From the NCBI RefSeq assembly GCF_001194135.2, contig NC_068983.1:23055330-23119329 (forward strand): a stretch of 64,000 nt of DNA. The letters run 5' to 3'. A model generated the notes under the pieces. That model made no database searches. It worked only from the letters and a program-made list of their open reading frames with translations, and had not been told where the DNA came from. Source of the DNA: Octopus bimaculoides (lineage: Eukaryota). Made by a program: the position numbers and the translations under genes. Below are positions 13,281 through 25,679 of the stretch, one piece after another. The first letter of the stretch is position 1. Each line of letters starts with the position of its first letter.

Positions 13281-13759
13281 TTTTATGTCCACTTTTCCAT
13301 GCTTGCATGAGTTAGATTGAGTTTAGAGTTTATTAAAGTAGATTTCATGCAGCTGGATACGCTTCTTGTCACCACCCTCATCTATTTCCAAGCAAGTTAT
13401 TTCCTCATGGCCAGACATGTTCTCACAAAATATTGGAAATGAATGACACTGATTTATGTGACAGTGGTACTCATATACAACTATCATTGGTGCCAAGACC
13501 AGGAGATGTGTGCACACACATGCACACAGTTAACTCCAAAATTTATCATCTGATACAGCTTATTGTTCAGCATGGTAGCTATGGTCAGCAAAGCCTGCTC
13601 TGCTATTTCAAACTGAGAAATTCATCATTACTTACTCAGGTTGAAATATTTTTATAAAATATCCAGAAGTCACAACTTAAAATTCACATCAATGTCAGAT
13701 CATCCAACAGTCAATGCATACGCTTAAAATCTTCCTTTGTATCACATACATAGAAAACT

Positions 13760-13965
13760 GGTAAATGATAGAAATAGTGGCCAAGTTTCCCTCAAATTAC
13801 ACACTACCATCTTTAAAAAGAAAGCTGGGGGTGGGGAAATTAGATAATGTGGCTTTTATGGATATACAGCATATATGAAATAAGATAGGATGGTCATGTC
13901 TGGAATACCTTTTGAATATAGGTCTGCTAGATGAGAGTTGACTTGAGTGTAAATAGCAACCACAT
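13760..13965 (+). repeat. Unclassified dispersed repeat family E (CTAGAAATAGCAGCCAAAT...GGATGGTCATGGCTGG)
   Basis: Recurrent copies at about 10925-11110(-), 12430-12545, 12640-12820(-), 30470-30640(-), 46880-47070(-), 52220-52370, 56900-57100 and 57920-58090. Confidence 0.65.
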
Positions 13966-16320
13966 CCTTTATAGCTTCAATGAAATCTGACATGTTAGAA
14001 TAATACTATTTCTTTCTCAATCAGAAGCAATTGCTGGATATGTTCCAGAATCATCCTCATAAAAATTTGTTCCACATAATATGACATTTCATTATCTTAA
14101 TCATATCCACACCCAACTAATGAGTGTTAGGGATAGTGAACCACAAAACTCTTCTGTCATTGTTAAAAAGTGGAAAAGGAAGTAGTATGGTCACCTAAAA
14201 TGACACCATAATACTCTGCTTCTAATGAATATGATCATAAATGAACCAATCATCTCCACAAACCCTCAAAAAAAAAAAGGAAATATATGAATACAAGAAA
14301 TGAAAGAAGGTGGTAGAAAGCATGAAGTTTATTGATATCCTGGGAAAATGAGGGGAGAAAGAGGAGGAGGTTGTGTTGTGCAACCCTTATTGTGATTGAG
14401 TTTTTTTAGCTTTTGGTTTGATAGATTAAGCAGATATGATTTTTACTTGAACTCTTTATTTTTCTTTTTTTCAATCTTCATATATCTAATTTAGTATTAC
14501 CCAATATAGTCTTAGATAACATTGAGTAACCACATGCAAGCCTCCTTCATGGTTCAATGAATTGCTGGAATGACGACTCTATGCTAGCTAGCAATTCAAA
14601 GGGAGATAATCTCCGTTCTTGTGAAGGAATCTTTTATGGCATTGATTTTCAACTAGACAAATTCCAGTCCTCTTCCCTCTGTAAAATATTAGGAAAATTT
14701 GCTTGTTGCATATAGCAATTTACCTAACCCCACCAATTTTCAATCACCACAGGTTTCCTTTATGATAAACACTGCTTTTGGTCATTCATGTTGCAATAAA
14801 AATAATTATATTTAAAGCGCAGACGTCACAACTATCTTCACAAAATAATGATTTCATATGCAATAGATTACATAATCTTGTGTGTTGTCATCGATAATTA
14901 AAATTTGTTTAAATTTCTACTTTGTGAACATTCTATTTTTGCTACTACATTTTCTTTTAACTAGATACAAAAGCATATTTTGTAGATGAGGATACATACT
15001 TTGTATTTTATCCTTCTGGGGCTGATAAAGCTATGATGATAAATTGGCCTGTGAGTTGCCAACTAGATAAGTGTAAAGCTTTTATGAGCAAATAATTTTT
15101 TTTTTATCATTAAAGCTATATGGCTTTGTCTCCCCACTCCAAAAATTATTTTAAATTTATATCTTTTATGATTTTATTTAATTTACATGCAATTTTATTA
15201 CATTCACCAAGTAATGTGATAAATTACACCTCATCTCAACATTCCCAAATATCTGGAATATCTTCCCAACAGATAGGTAACTGATGTACTTCTTAAATAT
15301 CCATTTACTTTAGCAATGGATTGGGAAACCAAAGCCTATGAACTAGCATCTTTATACTATAACCACTCGATTGTTTTGCTTCTATGCTGAATTTATATTC
15401 CAACCTGGATTATAAAGTGGTAGTGAGCTTCCAAAATGTTGTGTATGCAACACTATTTCAATTCTTGATTGAGCCACTTCATTAAGTTCACTCTTCCTAT
15501 TTTTTGTCTCATTGAGAAGATTACAATGTTTACACATCTTTTGCAATCAAAAGTACTGGTAACAATACTGCTTTTTTTTTATAGAATAAAAAAATACTAA
15601 GTCAGTCAGCTCCTTTGTTTTTCAACTTTGTAAATATTTGGTAAAGTAAATATCGTATTTAAGAATGTCAACATAGCACTCCAGCTGATAGTTTTAGCTG
15701 ATGGTCATAAGAAAAGTGCTCAGTTTTACTATAATAAACGAGGCACTAAAATGAGGTTAAAATCTTAAATTACCATTGTCTTCTGCTTTTGAGCAAAGCA
15801 CCTAACTTTTAGAGTTTTATCAGTTATTTAACACAATAGTTGATATTTGCTGGTAATAAATTTTCTACAAATAATGTTCAAATCTTATCAAATTCCTAAA
15901 ATTTCATGTAACCACACTAAAAAGATAACCTTTGTTATTACTCGAGGATTAAGTTAGATTTATCAAACATTGGCTGTTTGGCAGTTCTAAGTTCTGATAT
16001 TTTTCATGATGACTAATGTAGTGTGCAGGTCAACTGTCATTGGTCCCTTGCTAGAACTAATGTCAGTGTAACTTCTAACAAAACCATTTCAACCCTTTGG
16101 GAATTTATGGTGATAAACTTCAACATGATTTTCTTTGAGTGTGTGAGCACCAATTGGTGCTTGCTTAGCTCTTACTTATTGAGGTGTAGTATGTTGTTTA
16201 ATGTTCTCAAGTTAGCCCTAATTGAGCAGACCTATGTCCAAAGGCACTCCAGTTGTGACCATCCTATTTTATAGACATAGTGTATCTAGAACCACATTAT
16301 CCAATGAAGCGGGGAGGCTT

Positions 16321-16367
<47 letters not shown>

Positions 16368-17609
16368 GAGTGCGATTTGAGAAAGATTTGGCTGTTACCT
16401 CTTGTAGTTTGAGCCACTTGAGAAGTTGCCTTGTTCATTACAGATTGAAATGTATTTTCTTATCCTTGCATTTCAAAATCCAATCTGGTGAAAATCAATC
16501 TTAAAAATGCCTTCAATTGTTGTAAAAAACATTATTTTTATCTCTGTATGTCTGGGTCACCATGTGCAGTCAGTACCATTTATTTACTGAAATTTCATCT
16601 TGAGATTGAAAAAATTACACGAGAGTCATTTCATTTTTAAGTAATGTCTCTTATACACACAAGCACAATATTTATAACTGGCACTTATCAGTTTATGACA
16701 TCAAAGGTTCCAGTTAATCCAATTGATGGAACAGCCAGCTAGTGAAATTAATGTGTAAGTGGCTGAGCACTCCACAGACACATATACCCTTAATGTAGTT
16801 CTGAAGGAGATTCAGCATGACACAGAATGTGACAAAGCCAGCCCTTTGAAATACAAGTACAACTTGTTTTTGGCAGCTAAATGGATTGGATCAACATGAA
16901 ATAAAGTGTCTTGCTCAAGGATGCAACGTACTGCCAGGAATTAAACTCACAACTTTATGAGCCAAATACCCCTAATCACTAAGCTACACGTCTTCACGCA
17001 ATATGTGTTTCATAAATTGACTGCTAGAAATATCAGCCTGGAGAGCAGATGCTAATTGATGATGATGGTGATGAAATATCTTAGCCAACTGTGGCTGATG
17101 CTGGTGTCACATAACTGACACATAAAAAGCACCCGTTATAATTTTTAGAATGGTTGGCATTAGGAAGAGCATCCAGCCATAGAAACCATGTCAAATGAGA
17201 TTGGAACTTGGTGCAGCTCATTGGCTTACCAGTTCCAGTCAAACCATCTAACCTATACCAGCATGGAAAGCAGACACTGAATGATAATGATGATGAAATA
17301 TCTTAACTTAATCATCTTTAATTTTTCACAATGCATTTAATCACAGTCCTACACTAATTTACTATCCTTAAAATCTACGGCAGCCATCCCCCTCATAGTA
17401 AAATTTATGATCCAAACAACTAAATACTTTATCTTTTGTTAGTCTTTCTTGTTCTTTTCTCAACCTGGTTCCACTTTAAGTGTATGTCTGCACGAGCGAA
17501 TATATATATGTGTGCATGAGTACAATTCTAGGAAGAGCATGTAGCTATAAAAACTATGCCAAAACAGACATTAACCCATGATACAGTCCTTGGACACATT
17601 GGATTTATA

Positions 17610-17648
<39 letters not shown>

Positions 17649-17959
17649 TATGTGACACCATTGCAGATCAGCAAATACTTGATACACTATCTGTACATAC
17701 TTCGTACATTTGATTTTGTTTAGGAAGTGACATGAATGTGTAGCATTGATGTATCACAAATACAACAAGATATGGTATCAGTTACTCTCATGATTACTTC
17801 TAGGGTGATTTCATTTCATGTGGCTCTGAAATATATCTGGGTTTTCCTAAATGAAAAACTTGCAGCTTCTGGCATTTAAACATCACAATGTATGTGGTAT
17901 TGATAATGTTTATATTATAGAGCTGCTTCTGTTGCATAATTTGAATGTGTCTTATACTT

Positions 17960-18330
17960 ATTTCAGTCATTGGATTGCAGCCATACTGGGGCGCTGCCTG
18001 GAAAGATTTTAATCAAATGTATCAACCTCAGTACTTATTTTTAAAGTCTGGTACTTATTCTGTTTCTCTTTCCTGAACCACTAACTTACAAGGGTGTAAA
18101 CAAGCCAACAACAGTTCTCAACTGTTGGTAGAGGACAGACACACTCAGATACATGCATGCATGCACACACACATACACATAACAGGCTTCTTTCAGTTTC
18201 CATCTACCAAATCCACTCACAAGGCTTTGGTCAGCATGAGACTGTAGTAGGAGACACTTGCCCAAAGTGCCATGCAGTGAGACTGAACCCAGAACCATGT
18301 GTTTGGGAAGTAAACTTCTTACTGTGAAGT
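17960..18330 (-). mobile_element. tRNA-derived SINE family B, diverged
   Basis: Reverse complement of the consensus at 38271-38669. Confidence 0.7.
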
Positions 18331-18396
18331 CACATGTATGTATGCACACACACATCACAGAGATATATAAATGCTCTCAACTCATGTACTTGTATG

Positions 18397-18428
<32 letters not shown>

Positions 18429-19009
18429 CTAGCATATAAATTTTAAAAAAAGCTACAATGTTTGAAATTATATATTTTACAAAAATTTGAATATCAATAA
18501 GTTTTCCCTGTGTTATTGTGTCCTTTGCATGTACCCGTCTGCACTCTTGATAAAAAAAAAAGATATGATTTAAAAAAAAGCAGTTTATTTTGGAAGTTTT
18601 AACCCTGGGTCAAGTGGAGTGGTGGTGGGAGGAGATGAGCTATAGGTAGTGGTGAAGGGGTGGTTGTCTCTGGAGACAGACTTGCAAATCAAACAAAAAA
18701 CACCTTTTTTTCCTTCTTGGCTGATCAAACTGATACACCAAGTTGGCTGGTTGGTTAACTGTCTGGCTGACTATCATCAGGTGGCCTGAAATATGGAAAG
18801 GTAGCGCTGGTTGGTAAGGGAGTGGGTGTGAGTTTACTGCTCTACTGCTTGCTAGGAAGTATTAATGACAGGTAAACAGAAGGCGTGAGCAACTTACCAA
18901 TCAGGGCTTGAGATGGTAAGCAGAGGTCCTGGTACCTTCTGCTGTTTAGTCTTTTGTCCCTTACTGTCCTGAACAGTGTCTCCTTCTCTGCATTTATGGC
19001 GTTTACTCT

Positions 19010-19054
19010 ATGGATAGTTTTAGCAGAAAACTAAGAAATCCCTCTAAAAAACTG
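19010..19054 (+). CDS. Putative alternative first or cassette exon (MDSFSRKLRNPSKKL)
   Basis: ATG, 15 codons, then CTG|GTAAGT, phase 0 and compatible with the acceptor at 35997. An upstream AG at 18975-18976 would give a 78-nt in-frame exon. It sits in non-repetitive sequence. Confidence 0.55.
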
Positions 19055-19337
19055 GTAAGTGTTGCTATAGTATTTTCAGTACATATTTTTTTTTCTTTTC
19101 AAAGATTTGTTTCGGGTATTTGTTGTTCCCATATTGTAAATAAAAGTGAATGGAAAAGGATATTCAGAAAGTTGTGCGTTTGTGTGTATAAGCACATGCG
19201 AGAGAGAAAGCTTTGTGTGTGTGTGTGTGTGTGTGTGTATTGTAATTTTATTTTTACGCACTAAGAGTCATTCTGTAGTAGTCAAAATTTTCTAATTACA
19301 AATCACTATATGTATAGACATACACACGTGTGTGTGT

Positions 19338-19348
19338 GTATATATATA

Positions 19349-19394
<46 letters not shown>

Positions 19395-19548
19395 AAGGGC
19401 ATTATTACAGAAAAATAATAACGCCACGCAGTGGACTTCTCAAAATAACCACATTTAGTACCTAATGCGAGGAAAAAACAACCAACAGAAGATGACCAAC
19501 TTATAAAATATATATACACACACATCTTTGTATATGTATATATATACA

Positions 19549-19613
<65 letters not shown>

Positions 19614-19970
19614 CTTTGTATATGTATATATACATGTGTGTGTGTGTATATATATATCTATATATATATTTATATATATATATATATAAATATATATGTG
19701 TATATGTATATAAACATAGTATATATATGTTTGTGTGTGCATATGTATGTGTATATATGTGTATGTATGCCTATATGTGTATATACGTGTGTGTATATAC
19801 ATATATACGTATATATATATATNNNNNNNNNNNNNNNNNNNNNNNNNNNNNNNNNNNNNNNNNNNNNNNNNNNNNNNNNNNNNNNNNNNNNNNNNNNNNN
19901 NNNNNNNNNNNNNNNNNNNNNNNNNNNNNNNNNNNNNNNNNNNATATATATGCATATGTATATATATAAA
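19338..19970. repeat. Compound (TA)n/(TG)n microsatellite block with an internal tandem duplication and a 121-N gap (19823-19943)
   Basis: Directly visible; the unit ATATACACACACATCTTTGTATATGTATATA occurs twice. Confidence 0.95.
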
Positions 19971-20907
19971 ATGTATTCTTTTTATGATTTGTACCAAGTG
20001 TAGTGATCGCCGATCACCTTGTAAATAAAATACCAGCTTCACCTGGTTACTACCTCCATATCTTTCATGACAACGGTAAATCTTGTTAGCAGTAATTAGG
20101 TAAACTTCAAGTCGCACTCACTTCTCTCTGACTGCTAGCTTTGACATGGGATGATGTAAATCAACTTTCATTAGAAATCCCGTTGGAGTTTAAAAATACT
20201 CGCTACCTGTTGGAACCATGTGTTTCTTCTATTGTTGTTTTAACGTTGTGGATAAGGGTACCTGTTTATATATTTACTTTAAAAATAATGGTATTTATTT
20301 AAATAGTTTCGTACTTTCGTTGACAGATTATTTTTGTTAAGTTAGTCATACCTGAATGTTTTTTTTTATTTTTTATTACTGTTGCTTACCATGGAAAGAC
20401 TGTTGATAACCATTTAGCTTTTAAACTGGTCATATCCTGCCCAAATATTCTACCTGTTTAATATTCAAGCTGTCAGGACCTGCCCTCTTACACCTACTCT
20501 ACAATGTCATTCTAAACATATACAAATCACATCATTGAAATCTCAAAGCCCCAAGATAATGCATCATTAATTCAAAACAATACAAACTAATAAATATTGA
20601 ATTTGATAGAGTAATCTGAATACTACAGGAATTACAAAATTAATTATTGCGGAGATGTACTTGCATAGCAAGTGACCTGATCTGAGATCATGTGCTGGAA
20701 CAAAAACAATTGCAGCGTGGAAGGTGTTTATAAGCCATTTAAAATAACACACAAAAACCGTTAGATTCACTTCAACATTTAAATTTAATTTGTCAAAATA
20801 TTTTCGTCGCTTTGAGACCGCGACCTGTTCACTGACAAAATTGTGCTGCATCTCTGTGTAATTAATTTATGCAATAATGAATTTCAAACTTCCTTGTGTA
20901 ACGAAAG

Positions 20908-21250
20908 CATGGCTTAGTGGTTATAGGTATTCAGCTCACAATTGTACGGTCATGAATTCGATAAGTGGTGGTGTATTGTATCCTTGAGTAAAATGCTTTG
21001 TTTCACGTTACTCCAGTTCACTTAGCTGGCAAAAATGGGTAGTACCTGTAATTCAAAGGAACCAGCCATGTCGCATTGTGTTACTCTGATTCTCCCCGAG
21101 ATCTACATTAATGGCACACATGTCTGCAGAATACTCAGCCACTTGTACGTTAATTTCCCCTGGAATCCTCATCATTGTAACTGACAGAGTGCCAGTTACT
21201 ATTTCCACATAAGGTTGCTGAGCCAGCACACTTATTAGAATAAATAAATG
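20908..21250 (+). mobile_element. tRNA-headed SINE family F (GGCTTAGTGGTTA head, CCAGTTCACTTAGCTG...AATGGGTA core)
   Basis: A-box-like head and shared core; related copies at about 16690-16990(-), 28985-29250, 56078-56350 and 60885-61160. Confidence 0.65.
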
Positions 21251-21588
21251 CATTGCATTTATTTATGGCTTCCAGCTCTTTATGAATTCAAATCCTGCTT
21301 GGGTCAGTTTTACTTATCTGGATTGATGAGTTAAATTACCAATCAAGTACTAGGATTGATGGTATCACTAACCTCTTCACTCAAATTTTAGGTCTTGTCC
21401 CTGTATTAAAGACATTTATTTTTGCACAAAGGCAAAATTGGAGATAGTATTTTTTGCCATGGTAAATTTAAGCTTCTTATTCTGCTATGGACCAGAGAAA
21501 TATATCTCGGTAATATTATAATATAAACATTGTCATGTTACTGCAGATTCAGAATTAAGAGTCACTTGTGTCATATATTTAGCCTTAA

Positions 21589-21830
21589 CCGTTAAGCATT
21601 CTGATTGCTCTGTCAAAGGTAATGTTTATCTATTCACATTGTTTTGACTTAATCATGCATTATATCATACCTTCAAGATTTCAATGATGTGATTTTTCAT
21701 TTTTAGAACGACATTGTAGGATAGGTGTGAGAGGCTGGATCTGACCAATTTGAACATAAAAGAAGAGATAGGATATTTTGGCCAGGTGTGACCAGGTGTG
21801 GCCAGTTTAAATGCTAAAGGTACTAAAGGG
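21589..21830 (-). mobile_element. TTAA-flanked piggyBac-like MITE (family D)
   Basis: TTAA|CC...AAAGGG|TTAA termini; body shared with about seven other copies. Confidence 0.75.
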
Positions 21831-22043
21831 TTAAAACATAAGATTTTTCTTTCAGAAACCTCTCCTACTAACAGCGTTACCCTGTTGCTTAATATACTGT
21901 ACTATAACCATGTTGCCTGAGATATACCAGCACATTATTTTCTTTCAGAGTATGAAAATAATGCTTCAAATGAGACCACTCTTAATCAAATGACTAGTAA
22001 AATACTGCTGTTGAAAAAAGAAGAAAAAAAATTCAATTAATCC

Positions 22044-22046
<3 letters not shown>

Positions 22047-22098
<52 letters not shown>
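22047..22098. repeat. (TA)n microsatellite abutting the foldback
   Basis: Directly visible. Confidence 0.97.
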
Positions 22099-22100
<2 letters not shown>

Positions 22101-22307
22101 AAATTAAGAGGAATGACCACCAAAAGTGAACTCCTATATGCTAGAAATAGATGCCAAATCACCTAACCACAAAGAGTTTGTTCTCAAGAAAAAAATTTCA
22201 GCAATTTTTCTCTTGAGAACATACTCTTCGTGGTTAGGTGATTTGGCACCTATTTCTAGCATATAGGAGTTCACTTTTGGTGGTCATTCCTCTTAATTTT
22301 GTATGTA
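22093..22307. repeat. Near-perfect foldback (about 105-bp arms, 5-nt loop)
   Basis: 22093-22197 pairs with 22203-22307; four internal mismatches, checked base by base. Confidence 0.95.
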
Positions 22308-22619
22308 ATATAATTTTAATCTTCAGATTTTTTAAAATATGCTAGGCCACTGGTTTTAATTGATTAATATCAATTTCTACCCTCATTATTAAATTTATAT
22401 ATATATATATATATATATAAAGATAAGATCGTTATTTAAAAATACTGATCTTATCAAGTGGCCAGCATGGAATAAAAATAATAATTTAGGGTATCTAAGA
22501 GATGCCACCATGCTTGAAATAGTAGTCAAAACTTTGACTCTAAAACCACATTAAATGTTCATACAGCACCAGGAGAAAAGATAAAGACAAAATAAACTAG
22601 CAAAAGAATTTACTGGATA

Positions 22620-22678
22620 ATTCCAGATCCCGGATTTCTAGCTCTGCATAAGAAATGCTCTGCCTTCATCAGTGGAAT
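22620..22678 (-). ncRNA. Type I hammerhead-ribozyme-like motif
   Basis: The minus strand reads ATTCCA-CTGATGA-A-GGC-AGA-GCAT-TTCTT-ATGC-AGA-GCT-A-GAAA-TCC-G-GGA-TC-TGGAAT. This gives a 6-bp stem I, the full core, an extended stem II, a near-palindromic stem III and a UC cleavage site. The stem II closing position is a non-canonical A-A. Confidence 0.6.
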
Positions 22679-22837
22679 ACACTCAGATAGTACATAAATA
22701 CAAATATATATATATATATATATATACATCAATACGAATACTTACATATACAAATGTATACATACATATATATATGCACATATGCACACGACCAGTTTAA
22801 ATTGCCCGCCTAAAACTCCTATGTGCTATCTGAGTGT

Positions 22838-22874
22838 ATTCCACTGATGAAGGCAGAGCCAGAAATCCGGGATC
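22838..22874 (+). ncRNA. Second hammerhead-like motif (inverted copy), truncated by the assembly gap
   Basis: ATTCCA-CTGATGA-A-GGC-AGA-GCC-A-GAAA-TCC-G-GGA-TC, then Ns. The 3' strand of stem I cannot be seen. Confidence 0.45.
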
Positions 22875-22982
22875 NNNNNNNNNNNNNNNNNNNNNNNNNN
22901 NNNNNNNNNNNNNNNNNNNNNNNNNNNNNNNNNNNNNNNNNNNNNNNNNNNNNNNNNNNNNNNNNNNNNNNNNNNNNNNNNN
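22875..22982. other. Assembly gap (108 N)
   Basis: Run of N. Confidence 1.
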
Positions 22983-22999
22983 ATATACATACATACATA

Positions 23000-23126
23000 C
23001 AGGGTGTCCACAAGGTCTGGGTACATGGAGTAAATAAAATCATAACATAAACAATTAAATATAAGAAATAATAATTTTGTAAAGTATGTGTTAATCCCCG
23101 TGTACCCAGACTTTGTGGACACCTTG
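23000..23126. mobile_element. Tc1/mariner-type MITE (127 bp, 29-bp TIR, TA TSD)
   Basis: TA|CAGGGTGTCCACAAGGTCTGGGTACATGG ... CCGTGTACCCAGACTTTGTGGACACCTTG|TA; 3 mismatches between the TIRs. Confidence 0.88.
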
Positions 23127-24410
23127 TATATATTTATATATATTTACTTTTTTCATAAATAACTTGTTTTCGTAGTTTAGAAAATTAAATTAAAAAAAAT
23201 TTTTCTTTCATCTTTTTATTCTTAATACAACCACACGTGACTGACCCTGGGTTTTATGATACATGCTTCTCATTTGAAAGTGATCTAAAATCCTTCCATC
23301 AAAATCTTGTGTCAAATTATGTTCCAAACATCGGCTCAACGATAGTTATTTCAACAAATTTTTCATTATTTGCAAAATTAACTGAGAGTCAATGTATTTT
23401 AACCAAAAATAAAATATGGTAACAAATAGGGTTAAATAAAGTTTATTTGTACCAGTTATTTATCAATATGGAATGTCAGCATATGGGATTAGAATCACTT
23501 TTAAGCTTGCAGTAAGTGATCCAGTGAGCCCATTGCAGACAGACCAACAGCTATAAATAGTCAACATAGGTTAATCATGTTGATAACATTTTGATTTGTC
23601 ATGTCCCCACCCCCCAGCAATCCATATCAAGTGCTTTATCGGTCCAGCTTTGATGTACTTCTCTCAGGTGGAGGACAATTAGTAATCTACTATTTCAAAC
23701 TAATCAGTCTTGTGATAAGAATTAAGTTCCCATATAGTCAGCAATGAGAATATTCAACTTAATTACAGTTAACGCATTGCCAAATATGAATCTTTCATTT
23801 CAACAAATTTCTTTCATTTTTTTTTTTTTTTTTTTTTTGTGCTAGATTTGTTTTTGTTATTGGATAGGTGTGCCTGGTGGTTTCTTGTGTTTGTTTGTTT
23901 GGCAATCACACTACTGAAAGTAACTTTATCTCAAGATAGCTCTATCTTAGGAATTCTCTCATCCTTTTTGCTTTCATTACTGATAGGGTGGGATTATAGC
24001 TTGGCTGCAGCCATACTACATACTATTCACTTTCCTAAAAACAAACATTATATAAGTGTGTGTATGTCTTTATCTCTAACACTATCTCTCCTTTTCTACT
24101 CCTGTCTTTTCCAACTAAGTAGCCAAGTATCTCCTCTACTTTAACCTCTCATCTAGCACAAAGCCACTTCCCTCAATGCTACTACTATTCCCATTTGTGG
24201 GGGTCTTTATTCTGTAAGTTACTTGGTGGCCCCCATGGCTGATGGTGTCATGTAAAAAGCACCTAGTACACTGTGAAATAGCTGATATTAGGAAGAGCAT
24301 CCAACTGTTGAAATCATGTCAAAGCAGACAGTTGAGCCTGGTGCAGTTCTCTGGCTTGCCAGCTCCTGTGAAACTATTTAAACCATGCTAGCTTCAAAAA
24401 CAGACATGAA

Positions 24411-24634
24411 CCCTTTAGCATTTGAACCGACCATATCCAGCCAAAAAAAATACTCTACCTGTTTTATGCTCCAACTGATCAGATCTTGCCTCTCACACCA
24501 ACCTTACAATATCATTCTAAAACTTAGCAACTACTTAGTCAAAATAACAAAACTAAAAGATAATGCATGATTAATTCAAAACAATGTGGATAAATAAGCA
24601 TTACTTTTGACAGAGTAATCAGAACCCTAAAGGG
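24411..24634 (+). mobile_element. piggyBac-like MITE family D inserted in the tail of a family A repeat
   Basis: CCCTTTAGCAT...AAAGGG|TTAA; it interrupts the ...GACGTTAAATGATGAT tail consensus at its TTAA. Confidence 0.8.
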
Positions 24635-25679
24635 TTAAATGATGATGATATTGTGTGTGTGTGTGTGTGTGTGTTAAAAATTACCTCAAGCATTTGGACC
24701 AGGTCTCCTAGCTGAGGAACCTTTCTTCTTCCCTCTAACTTGAAGGACCTGTGAAAGTCATGCTATTGCCTTCCCTCTTGGCTAAAAGGTAAAGAAAAGA
24801 AAAAAAGGAAACCGCTTGTGAAACAGAACACACTTTCTAATGCCAAGCATTTAACAGAGTATTGTAGTGTCTTTTTTTTTTTTATGTCAGTTCTAAGAAA
24901 ATTATTTCTGCAAAACTCCTTAGTTATGTCTTCTGGTAGTTCTGGTAAACTCAGCTTTTATATTATGAGCCACAAGGGTAATTTGTCAACTTCACAGCAA
25001 TTAAACAGATTACATAGCTAGAATACAACACACGTAAACTCAAAGGCCTGTAGAAAATTGAAGACTCACAGAGATGACAGCATATTACGTATATATTATA
25101 TATAAGAGGAGAGAAAAACAGGATTAAAAAAATTGGGCAGATATTAAAAACATATACATATATATTTTTTTTTTTTATGTGATAAAGGTATGTCCTTTAA
25201 AGATGTGTAAAAGAATAAATATATATATGTGTGTGTTGATATATATCAGTTACATTAATACGTATGTCTCAAAGGTTCTTTATTTTCTATAACACAGGAC
25301 ATACTACAAGACATTCGTTTCATCTATTACTCTAAGGATTTTGCTAATTCACTGATACCCAGAGTTTTAATGCTGCCAAGATCAACTTTGCTTGTTGTTC
25401 TTTTGTGTGGTTAGTACAAAAAGTAATAATCCAGGGTGTCAGATGGGTGGAACTGTAAAAGAAATCGGACTTGGATACCTTGCAGTATTTGTTCCAGTTC
25501 TTTGCATTTCAAGTTCAAATCTTGCCTTGGCTTACTTGGGTGGTAGAATTAATCAGTCACTCCGTTTAACACCTCCAACTGGCAGTGCCTTTAATAAAAA
25601 CCAGCCTGTTGCAAACATTTAAGTTAGGTCTTTAGTTTGAGGATAATCGGTTCCTTCCCAACCAGTTTTGGAGTCTCTG

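Noticed and set aside
19388-20117. ORFs of 73-220 aa rich in YI/HT/CV dipeptides
   Set aside because: They are translations of (TA)n/(TG)n microsatellites and N-gaps; the same applies to similar ORFs at 556, 2799, 27081, 47627 and 54688.
20630-20850. CpG-rich segment (TTCGTCGCTTTGAGACCGCGACCTGTTCACTGAC) considered as a ribozyme or ncRNA
   Set aside because: It lacks a complete CUGANGA/GAAA core with stems and is more likely a young repeat fragment that I cannot classify.
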